Translations under genes and position numbers: made by a program | Shown here: one piece after another, positions 23,784 to 36,795 of the stretch | How the letters are laid out: every line of letters begins with the position of its first letter | How positions within the stretch are numbered: the first letter of the stretch is position 1 | From: Priapulus caudatus | Lineage: Eukaryota | Direction: 5' to 3' | NCBI RefSeq assembly: GCF_000485595.1 | Contig: NW_014577062.1 | Coordinates: 281,212 to 332,654 of the forward strand | DNA length: 51,443 nt | The notes under the pieces: generated by a model | What the model saw: only the letters and a program-made list of their open reading frames with translations | What the model was told of the DNA's origin: nothing | The model's database searches: none

Positions 23784-26700
23784 ATAATGGGATTCCCCCT
23801 TTCTCCGCGATAAACATAAATGGGTGATATCACGTGGATGAACCGTGGCAGGCGCGTGATTCGTGACGCTGTGACTGGCGGCCATTACAGAGCGCGCTGG
23901 CACGTACGCACCGTCGGGGGTGGGGCACGACGGGGGAAGCAGGCGGCGGTGCGCACCGGCAAGCTCCTCCTAGCCGACCATCAGCGACGCAGCACACCAA
24001 TAATTGCCTTCGTTCACCGTTTGTTCACCGTTTGTTCGCATGTAGTTTGCGGTTGCACGGCTACGCAAACTCGTCAGCTCAGAGAAGTGTCCGGTTAGAC
24101 ATTTTTCGTCTGCGCGCCATAGCGTCGCCGGCGGCCGGTTTTGCATCGTAACGGCTCGCCAACGCACGCCGTGGCGACGTAGGCAACCCCCCGAGGCTGA
24201 TGATCTGATGAGAAAGGCCAACATATGCATAAGCATATTGGCCTTTCAGCAAATTATCCATCGTTTATGTCTCGACGAAAAAGAACTCGACGCGCTGTTC
24301 ATAATAAATTCATCTTCCATTTCATTCACTTTTTTCGATCGTAAATTGTCTGCAATCGATGTTACAAAAAACTGGCGGCGCCCGGTGGCGCTGATCGCTA
24401 TCTTGTCGGATGATGTCGTCATCGTCAACGGTATACTGATCGATGACAGTTGCTAGAGTAACGCTCGTCACTACTCCCGTCATTCCTCAGTTCGATTCAG
24501 TGACATTTAAACTCACGTTACCGTCGACGTTAAATTCATTTCACCGTCGACAACATCGCCTCCGGCTGTATCTTTGCCAGCAGCCATGTTGCTGGCGTCT
24601 GCCGCAGCAGCTGTTAGGCCCGCCATCGTGCGGTGCCATCATTATAATTAGTAAAATCGAGGTTTGATCAGATCTCTTAGTTCTAATGGCATTTCGATGA
24701 AGTTCGTAGCGTTTAAGGGGCTTTCAGGCAATCAGCGATAATAGCCGTCGCTGCCTGCAGAATTCTGCGATCACAGCGTGGCAAATTAAAACAGATTTCG
24801 ATTTTAATGGATATTTGAGCAGCGCTAACAATTTACATCGAAGAAATTTCTCGTCGCTGGTGGGTTTTCCAGTCCTAATTGTCGCACGGACCTGTAATTT
24901 ACTGCGCGAGTGTCACGTAATTTTGATCGTTCGTCTGCGTTGAAACGTCGAGATGAGTCAATATAATTTGCGGTGCGTTTTTATCGGACTGATCCACGAG
25001 TAACGCACTCAGTATACATAACCTCAATGTCGTCTATGTCATATAGTGGCGCCATACTATTCGATGCGAAATTTGGCGTATGCATCATAGTTAAGAGTTC
25101 GCACACTAACACCCACATGCACGCACACACACGCACACACACACAGTCACACACACACGCGCGCGCGCACCCACCCGTGCATACATACACTAAAACCTGC
25201 ACTCGAATCCATCCATGCACACGCACAAACGCGCCCCCGCACGCAGACACATACACGCGCGTGCGCGTGTGAGTGGCTATGAGTGACCGTTGTTAACTTC
25301 CCTTGAGCAGTTTTGCTTTTGATAAAATGTAGCCATAATAGCGTTGATTGTGAAATCTTTTATGCGGTTGACGGACCCATTCGTACTTGATAATAGGTAA
25401 TAACATTTTAAATTACGTGGTAGAATATTGTGGCCTATGACGATTAGACATTTTCTTTGATAGAAACCACATGCGAGATACCAGCGCTTACGAAAGGGTT
25501 AATTAATATACACTCAAAGGGGTCCACCTAGCGATATATGTTGGAAGTTAGGAGTCTAGATAAGTAAAAGTGTTTAACTATAGCTTGGTATAAAATAACA
25601 CCATTGACTACAGCAGCGCGGCGCCTGAATACTGTGACAAATTCTGAAAAACCTAGCGTACTGTACAGTTGGCTGGGAATTTGACGAGTAGAGATTCAGC
25701 ACAGAACGACGCAATGCCGCTACTCGGACACTATGCGATTCAATGTATTGCTTTGAGTGATACCCATTACTATTCTTATCCATGCACACACCTGCTGCAC
25801 GCCCAACTCATCAAGTGCCTCGTTTGAATTCCGTTTCATATACGAAGTGTTCGTGTATGTTTAAAAGTGGCATACCTGCATAAAATATTGCATGTCGAAT
25901 AGAGACATGGCGTGATATAGAACAGGTTGGAGCGTAACAGGCGTAGTAAAAATGATTGCATTTTTGTGTACATGTAATCGCGCTCTTTGAATAGCAAAGA
26001 GATACCACCGTAAAACCAGATTCCTACTAATATCGTGTAATTTGGGGGGATGCAATGAGTGTCGTTATGAATCACATGCGTAGTGTATCGATGGCCAATT
26101 TGATGCAGAATATAGTTGCACTCCAATCCAGTTAAACGGTCTGTCGGATGGTCTGAAAACAAAACTCGGGACTAGCAATTTATAGTTAATCGCAGGTTAA
26201 TGTTTACCTCTCACGTCGAAAAGCACAACACACATGCAGTGCTGAACATCACGCTATGAGCTGCTATTATCAGATCGAGCGCCTTTTTGCGCAAATAGCG
26301 CCACATTGCGCTATTTACTTTCACGGGTCTTTTTACGGCCGTTTCGTCAGCTTTATTTGCCCATAACTTATTATTTACGCGAGCTCGAATTACACTGTGA
26401 AGCTGGCGGCCACTCGGCCCGTAAGTCCCACCGAGAAAAATACGGGGCGAGGATACACAGCGAGGCAGCTGCTGATTCGTGGGTGGATGCGCCTATTATT
26501 TACGTCAATGGAGTGCGTGCGCGCGTCGGGTCTGTTTGCTCAGCGATAACCGCTCTCGTTACTTATATATACAAAATAGATGATTACTAATAATTATAAG
26601 TATATCGCCACACAGCGACGAATGCAGCGTCGACTTGAAGCATCGGCAAAGCTGGTGCTGCGGTAGAGATGCGACCAGTGTGCGCATGTTAATGCAAGCT

Positions 26701-27684
26701 ACACTCCGTCCCTCTAGTGCCACTAATATCACGATCGCGGCAGGCGCGCATCGCTAGTTTTGCGTCTTTCCGCGGCTTTTATCTCGCGGTTCTGCTGGGA
26801 GCTGTGCACGCATTACGACCGGTGCTGGCGTCGGTATACATCGACAGCTGGCGGCCAGATAAGGCGCTGACAATCTCCGAATTTCGCGCAAAATTCGTCT
26901 GCTGCCCACGAGAGAAATCGGAGGCGATCGAGAAGTATCTGAGCGAGTACATCTGCACAGCAGTAGCGCAGTAGTAACTCCGTCAGGTTTCACGTAATCA
27001 GCGTTATAGACCAAAGAGTATTTATGCAGCGGTGATGATTAAAACTAATAACTTGATGAAATCATATTCAGAGTGGCAGAGAATATAGAGACATCGGTCG
27101 GTGCATGACTATGTGCGGCCACCCTCCAGAACACGCCACGAGTTCTATTGCTCTGCACGCTAGGAAGATAGCGACGTGCAACCATCACATACTTACAGTC
27201 GCGTTTGCAATCGGTTACGAAAATGTTTATCGACGACAGAGCAAAGAAAAGTATCTAAACGGCCGTGGGCAAAGATGCCGACGCTTGGAAGCACGCGCTC
27301 AGTCGTCGTCAATATTGTCCGAAGACTTTCCGTCTCTGCGATTTCGATTTTGAATTGCGATAACAATTTTCTGATCGGAGAGAGCAGTCGCGTGCTCGCA
27401 AACAATAAAGCTGCGCCTTTTCATATTAGTTAAACCTTGAGTCTAGTCAATCTATCTACGTGTAGAGTAGATAGATTCGTCGTGGTATGTGCATTTGTCT
27501 TCGTTGATACGTAGAACACAGTTGCAATGCGGAGTTGATCATGGTGGTCTGACAGCAACGGAAGTGAAAATGCATGTCATCGCGGACTACGGTAACTACT
27601 ATCAGGAGCATACTATGCATAGCACAAGAAACCTCGTTTTACACCCAACATTTTCATTATTAAAACCCCCACCGTCTTCTCCAT

Positions 27685-27717
27685 ACACACACACACACTC
27701 ACACACACACACACACA

Positions 27718-27797
<80 letters not shown>

Positions 27798-28016
27798 NNN
27801 NNNNNNNNNNNNNNNNNNNNNNNNNNNNNNNNNNNNNNNNNNNNNNNNNNNNNNNNNNNNNNNNNNNNNNNNNNNNNNNNNNNNNNNNNNNNNNNNNNNN
27901 NNNNNNNNNNNNNNNNNNNNNNNNNNNNNNNNNNNNNNNNNNNNNNNNNNNNNNNNNNNNNNNNNNNNNNNNNNNNNNNNNNNNNNNNNNNNNNNNNNNN
28001 NNNNNNNNNNNNNNNN

Positions 28017-28074
<58 letters not shown>
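27685..28074. repeat. (CA)n microsatellite spanning assembly gap 27798-28016
   Basis: Seen directly. Confidence 0.95.
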
Positions 28075-28075
<1 letters not shown>

Positions 28076-28437
28076 ATAACCACTGCAAGTATTAGCGCCA
28101 GGGCCATTGTTAGCGCCACCGCTGCCGCCATGGTTACTATACCATCTCGATCTCAAACGCCGGCACGTACACACAGAGACCGATTTTCGCGAATTTTCGA
28201 AAATCTGTCATTATTTCAAGAAACGTCTTTATTTTTGAAACTGGCAGCTGTTGCATCGTCTAGAGTGGTTGATCGCTATCAGGCACGTATTTGAATAAAA
28301 TCTCATAACACGGATTTCTATATACATCGGCGGACCAATATTGATTTTGCTAACACAGCACGGATATCGGTTTGGATAAACACGAGCAAAACCCAGCGTA
28401 ATACATAACCGTTAGTTAACTCAGTTTGATTGAGCTT

Positions 28438-29083
28438 GGGTCGACCTAGCTCTAGTACTATAGCCCGCGTTCGATTAACTGCCGCAGGGCTATAGCACAT
28501 TGTCAGCTGGAAATACCAACGGCAACCTGTCACCACCTGTCCCCATGAAAAATGGATCGCAAAACGCAAAGTTATCGGGCCTTTTAACACTTATTTATCT
28601 ACATGGACATCTCACCTATCTTTTTGAACACTTTCAACAACTTTACACCATGTATTTGTCCGTTTATTCCACAAAGTAAGCACTACTGGTATTTCATTTT
28701 GAAACGAAGTGGCGTGCGCACGCGTGACGTTACCGGATATGTACGCAAAACACATGGCAGCTATGGGGCATGTATGTACAATACCGGTGACGTCACGCGT
28801 GCGCACGCCACTTCGTTTCAAAATGAAATGCCAGTAGTGCTTACTTTGTGGAATAAAAGGACAAATACATGGTGTAAAGTTGTTGAAAGTGTTCAAAAAG
28901 ATAGGTGAGATGTCCGTGTAGATAAATAAGTGTTAAAAGGCCCGATAACTTTGCGTTTTGCGATCCATTTTTCATGGGGACAGGTGGTAACAGGTTGCAG
29001 TTGCTATTTCCAGCTGACAATGTGCTATAGCCCTGCGGCAGTTAATCGAACGCGGGCTATAGTACTAGAGCTAGGGTCGACCC
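28438..29083. mobile_element. 646-bp near-perfect palindrome (foldback / long-TIR non-autonomous DNA transposon)
   Basis: Arms ~28438-28744 and ~28776-29083 are reverse complements with only about ten differences and a ~31-bp spacer. The mirror ORF pairs 28318..28590(-)/28930..29208(+) and 28603..28908(+)/28612..28896(-) confirm this. Confidence 0.9.
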
Positions 29084-29206
29084 TGAGGCTGCAGCTCCGA
29101 ATAAATAGGCGCACATACACGCACAAGCGCGCACGCACGAACGAGCACACGCAATCACACGCACGAACATTTTTGCTGGAACACATTCAGGTATATTCGC
29201 ACCTAT

Positions 29207-29730
29207 AGAGTACCGAAGTGTGACGTCACGGTGGCATGACAACGAACCCACTGGTTCTAAACAACCCACTGGCTCCATAACATTAACTGCGTGAAAATGT
29301 TGTGCGTACGTAAAACACGAGTGTGTGCGCTGCAGACAGCGGTAAAACATCGGTAGCAAGTCGATCTTACAATATTTAATTAATTACATTTTTTTTTTAA
29401 TTATTATTATTTTTTATTTTTTTCGTTGCTTTTCACTTCCATCGGTGCCAAGAAGAGAGCCTTGTATGTGGCGGCACCCGTCAGTGAAAACTGTGAATCT
29501 CTTCACTAGCCCACTAGGCCAGTAGCCGAGTAGGGCACCCGAAAATTATTATTATACTTCCATCCTTTGGAAATCTATAAAAACTGCAATAATGACTCTC
29601 AGAATGATGGTTACAATCGGGTACAAAACACGACACTATTTTCACGCAGTTAATGTTACCAGAGCATATGATTGTTTAGAACCAGTGGGTTCGTTGTCAT
29701 GCCACCGTGACGTCATCACTTCGGAGCTCT
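29207..29730. mobile_element. MITE with ~95-bp TIRs, AT-flanked (ISL2EU/Harbinger-related type)
   Basis: CCTAT|AGAGTACCGAAGTGTGACGTCACGGTGGCATGACAACGAACCCACTGGTTCTAAACAA... mirrors ...TTGTTTAGAACCAGTGGGTTCGTTGTCATGCCACCGTGACGTCATCACTTCGGAGCTCT|ATAGG. The family is inferred from the AT flanks. Confidence 0.8.
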
Positions 29731-30164
29731 ATAGGAAGAGCGTGTAATTGCATTTCAGCTGTCAACTATTGTTGATGAGAATCACAGACACTTCACAGGA
29801 GCGTTTCAAAATAATATAATGCGAAATAAATACGAAATCTATTTACTACCAAATTCTTAATGTTTCTCTACTTTCTTCGGTGAGCTAGCCGCAGCAGGAA
29901 GATACGGGCTAATCCATCTCTGCAGCTGCGTCAAGCGTTAAAATTATTCGAACACCAACCTCTAAAAGGTGCAGAGAAGTACATATCGATGAAATGTTGA
30001 GGGATCGCAACTGCATTTCGTTTCTTGTGTATGATCATATCTGTGTCTGTCGTCCTTCCGTCCAGATCCGGCTTATGGCACTCGGCATCCGCCCTGGATT
30101 TCCTGCCGGCAAAACTCTGACTAGAAAAATACTAGACAACAATGGCGTAGATCTACATACGAAT

Positions 30165-30535
30165 AATGTCGTCGTCTACATGTAGTAGTTGTTGTCGTCT
30201 GCAAGTAGCTATAATATTCGTCTACATATAGCTCTTGTTGTCCACACGTAGCTGTTGTTGTCTACATGTAGCTGCTGTTGTCTACACGTAGCTGTTGTTG
30301 TCTATGTGTAGCTGTTGTTGTCTACGTGTAGCTGTTGTTGTCTACATGCGTAGCTGTTGTTGTCTACGTGTAGCTGTTGTTGTCTACGTGTGGTTGTTGT
30401 TGTCTATGTGTAGCTGTTGTTGTCTACATGTAGCTGTTGTTGTCTATGTGTAGCTGTTGTTGTCTACATGTAGCTGTTGTTGTCTACGTGTAGCTGTTGT
30501 CTTCTATGCATGTAGACGTTGCTGTCGTATACATG
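30165..30535. repeat. 20-bp minisatellite (GTAGCTGTTGTTGTCTACRT)
   Basis: About 13 well-conserved copies at 30248-30510 plus degenerate flanking copies. Confidence 0.95.
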
Positions 30536-30829
30536 TGAATATTGTTGTTATAGTAACGTCAACATGTTATGTGTCAGTTTATATATAAATGCTAGGCTAG
30601 TATTTATGATGTACATCTTCCATCTCTGTGCCACCGCTCTTATTTGCAATGATAGGCAATTATCTATAATGCTGGGAATTCACTAATGAATGACGTCATT
30701 GCACTATGACTGGCTGGTCGGAACGTCCGTGGGGAGAAATTCTATGCCATCGCGATCTCGGCATATCCCAAAATGGTTAGCAGATATTTATAGTCCCTAT
30801 ATATTATTTCATATAGTATAATACTTATA

Positions 30830-30878
<49 letters not shown>

Positions 30879-31774
30879 TTCATAGTCGATGTTCCGGCAT
30901 GTATATATATCGCGAGCCGTTCTCAAACGCTACATAAAACTAATCGCGTAACGAAACATCGACTAACGTAGACCAGTAAAATGACGACTGCCTAATTGCG
31001 GTCGAACCACCATGCGCGTTTTTATGGCGCCGCACAGCAGCCAGCAGTATTTTACTTTTACGCTGCTGCTACGTACGTAGGAGCTATCACTCTCTTTGTT
31101 TCATAGATGCCTCGCTGCTGTAGAGAGTACGTACGTACGCACGGCTGTACTGTCACGAACAGATGCGAATCCTCGTGACACTGCTCTGTGGCAACCAACG
31201 TCGGGCCCGCATCGCCGTCGGTCGCCGTCGGTCGCTACAGAGAAAAACACAGCTCACTCTACGATGTTCGCCGTAACGGCGCCAGGTGGCGCTCGCCGCG
31301 TCCCCTCTTTCAGCGATTTAATGGTCTCGAAAAGGATATGTCAAATTGCGATCTCACTCAGCGATGGCGCGGCGCAGATTGACTGCGTTGTTGGCAACGG
31401 CGCGTGATAAATGCCTTCAGCAGTAAAGAGTGTGCGTCTTTCGAAAGACTTCATCGGTCGGAGTTCGATTAGCACTGACGTTTATATGGCTACGCATCAT
31501 TGCGGTGCGTCAAGCTCACCTGAACGACGGGCGTGTATTGTGCGCGGTCGCGTACGTTGATGCGGGCGCGTTTAGTTGAATCTGTCAAGTATATGAATCG
31601 TGCGTATGGTAGAGTGAGTGATCATGATTCACCGCGTCGGCGCGGTTAGTTTGTGCTGCTTCGTGTTACGCGATTGTCGTGTTTTTTTGGATCGGAAGTT
31701 GCACCAGTGAGCATAAAAGAAGCTGAAATTCAAAGCCTTCAAAAAGATGAAAAGCAGCTAGCAAGATTGAGAGG

Positions 31775-32464
31775 GAGCGAGAGAGAGAGTGTGATAGTGC
31801 GAAAAGTGAGTGAGAGAAAGAGAGATATAGCGCGCGCGTGAGCAAGATAGAAGATAGAGAGGAGGAGTGTGAAAGATAGAGAGGAGGCGTGTGAAAGCGA
31901 GACGTCGTTGAATCGACGCGAGCGAGCGGAACGAAAATAATCAAACGTCTTTTCAAGTGATTCAGTACTGCATTAGCATGGCGGCTGTCCACAGAGCTTG
32001 TCAATACTTAAATAACGAAGATCACNNNNNNNNNNNNNNNNNNNNNNNNNNNNNNNNNNNNNNNNNNNNNNNNNNNNNNNNNNNNNNNNNNNNNNNNNNN
32101 NNNNNNNNNNNNNNNNNNNNNNNNNNNNNNNNNNNNNNNNNNNNNNNNNNNNNNNNNNNNNNNNNNNNNNNNNNNNNNNNNNNNNNNNNNNNNNNNNNNN
32201 NNNNNNNNNNNNNNNNNNNNNNNNNNNNNNNNNNNNNNNNNNNNNNNNNNNNNNNNNNNNNNNNNNNNNNNNNNNNNNNNNNNNNNNNNNNNNNNNNNNN
32301 NNNNNNNNNNNNNNNNNNNNNNNNNNNNNNNNNNNNNNNNNNNNNNNNNNNNNNNNNNNNNNNNNNNNNNNNNNNNNNNNNNNNNNNNNNNNNNNNNNNN
32401 NNNNNNNNNNNNNNNNNNNNNNNNNNNNNNNNNNNNNNNNNNNNNNNNNNNNNNNNNNNNNNNN

Positions 32465-32507
<43 letters not shown>

Positions 32508-32743
32508 TGTGATAGTGCAAAAAGTGAGTGAGAGAAAGAGAGATATAGCGCGCGCGTGTGAAAGATAGAAGATAGAGAGGAGGCGTGTGAAAGATAGAGA
32601 GGAGGCGTGTGAAAGCGAGACGTCGTTGAATCGACGCGAGCGAGCGGAACGAAAATAATCAAACGTCTTTTCAAGTGATTCAGTACTGCATTAGCATGGC
32701 GGCTGTCCACAGAGCTTGTCAATACTTAAATAACGAAGATCAC
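31775..32743. other. ~250-bp direct duplication on either side of gap 32026-32464 (probable overlapping contig ends or haplotypes)
   Basis: 31775-32025 recurs at ~32493-32743 with a few substitutions. The first copy ends exactly at the gap. Confidence 0.85.
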
Positions 32744-33011
32744 ACGCGTCCGCTTTCATGTTGGCTGGCATTGTACATGTTTATCGTGTAACGAAACAGG
32801 CTCTAATGCCGCCGGACAGCGCTAAAGACACCCTCGTAATCTGGCCGGCTGGGAAACAGTGATGGGGGGGGGCGCTATATAGAGCGCAGAGAATATGCGG
32901 CAAGGGGTAGTGAAGGGGAGAAGTGGCGTGGCAAAGAAAGTGAAAAACGTAACGGATATCTGAGACGAGAATGGAAGAAATTATTTAAAATTGAACTACC
33001 GTGCCACGCAT

Positions 33012-33145
33012 GGGTTCGTGTTATAAACAATCGTGTTATAAACAATCGTGTTATAAACAATAGGTTTCGTGTTATAAACAATAGGTTTCGTGTTATAAAC
33101 AATAGGTTTCGTGTTATAAACAATAGGTTTCGTGTTATAAACAAT
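33012..33145. repeat. 21-bp/15-bp tandem repeat (TTCGTGTTATAAACAATAGGT)
   Basis: CGTGTTATAAACAAT core x7, seen as FITRNLL repeats in ORF 32875..33144. Confidence 0.95.
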
Positions 33146-34071
33146 CGCCTATATATATCGTTGCATTATAATTAGGATTTAAAAGGAACTTATATGTATC
33201 AGCTTTTTATGTACGTCGTCAACTATTGCTCAACAAATATAGCAGAAAGAGATGCTGAAAATAAGTGTACGCTCGTGGAAATGTCATTCACACTCGAACG
33301 ACAGGCTGGCGATGACGCCTAGAGAGGAGCAAAGAGCCGCGAGCGAGGAAAGGAAGATGCAAGTAAATAACATAGGAGATTATCTTAGATCTCGGTGAAA
33401 TGCTCCACTTAATCGTAACGAAAAAACTCACGACAGAAATAACCGAGTAGAATGTGCGTAAGATTTAGAAGGCTTTTGTGCCGACTCGGTACCAGATGCT
33501 ACAAAGGCAGCTCGTGTGTGCGACAGCGGGGGATGTTTGTGCGCAAGAGAGGTTGTAAGACGTGGTCGCGAGAGTATTCAGCTCCGTCTTCGTGTAGGTT
33601 AGCAAGCCTTTAGAGGGTCGCTACATCGGTCCGCCGCGCGCTACAATTAAGTTATGAGCATTACATTACATATTGAGCAGTTGTTCAGCATTTGAGCGAT
33701 TAATCTCCAACCGTTCTCATATCTTCTCGACCGCTCTGACACGTAATTACCCGTACTCCTTGCGTATCAGCATATGATGCAGTAAGGGTAACATCATTTT
33801 GTCTTAGAACACTCACACATCATTATTTTAACCAATATCGGCACTAATCTGCACTTCGAATATTTGTTTACATATGACAACATCAATAGCACGTATTGTT
33901 CGCATCTCACAAGATGCGATCGACCGGTACCCTGTCTCTACACTATACTAACTTTGTCTACATGTCTAGATAGCGCACCAGTTTAGAACAATTTACGTTA
34001 CGTAACCATATTATATTTGCCTTGTGGCGGCATTTTCAAATTTCATTTTCGCGAATTTCGGCGGCAATTAA

Positions 34072-36351
34072 GGATACTCTCCACCTTTTGCACGGGTATT
34101 GCTCTAGTGAAGATTAAACGTTTATTGGCGAATGGATCGAATCAATCACTTGTTTTATTTATAGAGGAGATATATCTCTATGCTCAAGCCAAAAGATTTC
34201 ATAAAATTTCCAGCACCTAATTATGTTACCACACAAATTTTGAATTTTTATGTAAAAATGGTATTTTGGATATTTCTCAACTACCAGAAAGAGTGAGGAT
34301 ACAAAATTTTTGCCACATGTTAAGCACAATATGGACCAAAATAGTGCGTCTGGATTTTTCTTTAATTTTTATATTTACCAAGAAAACTGAAAAAAACTGC
34401 TTAAAAATCAAGTTGTGTGTTAGAATTGAAAATTTTAGCGAATAAAGAGGCATAACTAATATAATACGGCACTTAATAACAATCCCTGACGCACTTCTTT
34501 ACAGCAATATGTTACCATTAAAACAAGTGTAAAATTAAATTTATCCGAGTTGTAATCACCGAGAAATATCCATTTATGCATCGGCTACTATGTCAGAAAT
34601 CGAAACGGAGACATCATCGTTTTTGTAGCTTATCTGACGTAGTAAGATGCAGCTTATAGAATCGCATGATCGTCCGTCCGTCCGTGCGTGCGTGCGTGCG
34701 TCAACAGTTAGGCACAAATCTTAACCGCTCGATGTACGGTCACGATATTCGGGACGTGGGGGGGTAATCCGAAAACGAGTTGGGATGTCGAAGCTGGGGG
34801 TCAAAGGTCAAAGGTCAAGAAGTGTAAACGAAAGGGGAACATTCCCGCCTTAACTTAAGGTATAGGGAGGAAATGCAGAATTGCGGCACAAATCTAAACG
34901 GCTCGACCTAGGCTTGTGATAGTTAGTGTATAGCATCATGGTAGGAAAAGCCATCACTGTGCCAAAATTGGAGGTCACAAGTCAAAGGTCAATGGGGCAC
35001 AGGGCAGATTTTAGACATTTTCTGAGGACATGGTCTGACGGAGCGATTGAAAAACTTTTTTGTTTCAGCGGTGACCTAGCATTTTTATGTCTTTATTGAA
35101 AGGACCATAAAATGTACTTTCTGCTGACATGCGAAGAGTAAGTGTCGGATAACTTTTTGACCCTCAAGAGGAGGACTGACTGCCGGGAATGCTAGTAGAA
35201 TCTATATATGCCTGGATGTATGAGGCTACAATGTCACAGTGAAATTTCAAAAGCTAAATTTGATTGAAGAAGGTTTATGCTCCTTAAATCGTATAATTTC
35301 TATGGCATTCTGTACTGTTAGTGTGTTACATGTAACTTATGCCACTGCCAGTGGCCACTGTCAGTGCATGTAGTGGTGATAGTACTGTGTAGTTTTTGCC
35401 TGCGTTAATTAGTTACAGGTGGCAGCTCTCTATTTCAACCTGTAGCTAGGCTTGCGTAGGTAAATGGATGAGTGCTTACTTATTCTGTCTTGCAAATAGT
35501 TGTTGCTATACTACGTACGATGGGAGCTTCCATCTTTAATCTTAAGACACTTAAACGTACGCGCTATCTCGTGGCAACTTTCATAACGATCCCAACGAAC
35601 ATTCCTTTGAGAAGGTCCTGATACCATCCCTGTGCCTTCCACTGTTTCGGCGCGTATGTGAACACATTTGGGACTAACAGGGTTTACTAGAATCCCACCA
35701 CTCCACCACAGAGTCATCGCAGCAGACGTTAGATGAGCGCTGTCGCTCTGCGGCACTTGTTATTTTTCACAATGAGTGACCGCTTGTGTGAAAAAAGGGT
35801 GAACGTATGTGAAATATCTACTGTTAGTACTTACTGCGACATATCCATGACTAACTGACACCACTAAATTGGTAAAATGTTCCATGTACCTTGAGAAATT
35901 CTAAGAAATTACGAGGTTACCATCGCAGAACGCGCGAACTCCGCTCATCCTGACGTCACAAAGCTAATATGTCAAAAAACGCGCGCCTTGTACCGCACTA
36001 CAGTAAGGTGTGTTGCGAGGTGTTAGAACAATTTTGGGCGTGGGATACTTGTTGGATCACTAGCAGATGTACATGAATGTACATAAATACATGTAATGAC
36101 AGCTGTAGGAGGGTTGACGCTGAATGATACTGGCTTAGTAAATATCGTGGTTGTATCATGTCTCTGACGTCATCATGACGTCAGCCGCTGCTTACTACAC
36201 ATGTACGCGGGCAATCAAATCCCTCTGACAGTTCACATGTACCGCTATAGGAAGAAATGAGCATGTACGAAGGTGGCACATGGTGTTAGCCATCGAATAA
36301 AATTGAAAATGAAAAATCGGTAAAATTTTGTCTAAAACCTTGAGAGTATCC
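34072..36351. mobile_element. Kolobok-like non-autonomous DNA transposon with TTAA TSD
   Basis: TTAA(34068-71)|GGATACTCTC...GAGAGTATCC|TTAA(36352-55), a 10-bp perfect TIR. A TTAA TSD with purine-purine termini fits Kolobok rather than piggyBac (CC termini). The interior is AT-rich and non-coding. Confidence 0.75.
34621..35761 (+). mobile_element. Helentron-associated interspersed element (HINE/DINE-1-like), nested in the Kolobok-like element
   Basis: 5' T-run; subTIR GCTTATCTGACGT (34628-40) with a local inverted partner AGATGCAGCT; (GTCC)n(GTGC)n microsatellite at ~34671-34701; GGTCAAAGGTCA core motifs; 3' subTIR ACGTTAGATGAGC (35726-38); stem-loop TGTCGC-TCT-GCGGCA (35741-55); CTTGTT end. 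Confidence 0.8.
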
Positions 36352-36795
36352 TTAAGGAATGCAGGCGGCACAGGGTTACTGTTAATTTGCTGCTTCATAG
36401 CCCATATAACAGCACACGCAATACAGTAATTTGTATGATAGAGTATCAGTATTACGCCAGCTAACAAGTGAGACATACTTTGTTTTCACGTATTAATTTT
36501 TTGAATAATTTGATAGAAAATAATTAAGAATTTAATTACAAATTATACATCTTCGATGTTCTGTCGACGTGGTTGAACCGACACCGACATCAGGGTATTC
36601 AGAGAGACAGCGTAACGTTTGTGTCAAGAGCAGATGCGTTTTTGTACATCGTGCATGGTATCACACAGAAATTATCGGGACAGTGTAATCATGGTGACGG
36701 AACGTGAGAGAATAGGTTGGCCATCATACCACCGTCGTCGTTTTGAAAACATATGCCCATTGCTGCGTGCTGAATTGCGAGTGCTGGGTGATGAG

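Noticed and set aside
26717..26974. Mildly protein-like frame (…EKSEAIEKYLSEYIC…)
   Set aside because: No good acceptor/donor pair and no family resemblance.
31775..32743. Apparent tandem duplication or LTR pair around a gap
   Set aside because: The first copy ends exactly at the N-run, typical of unmerged overlapping contig ends or two haplotypes. No TG...CA ends.
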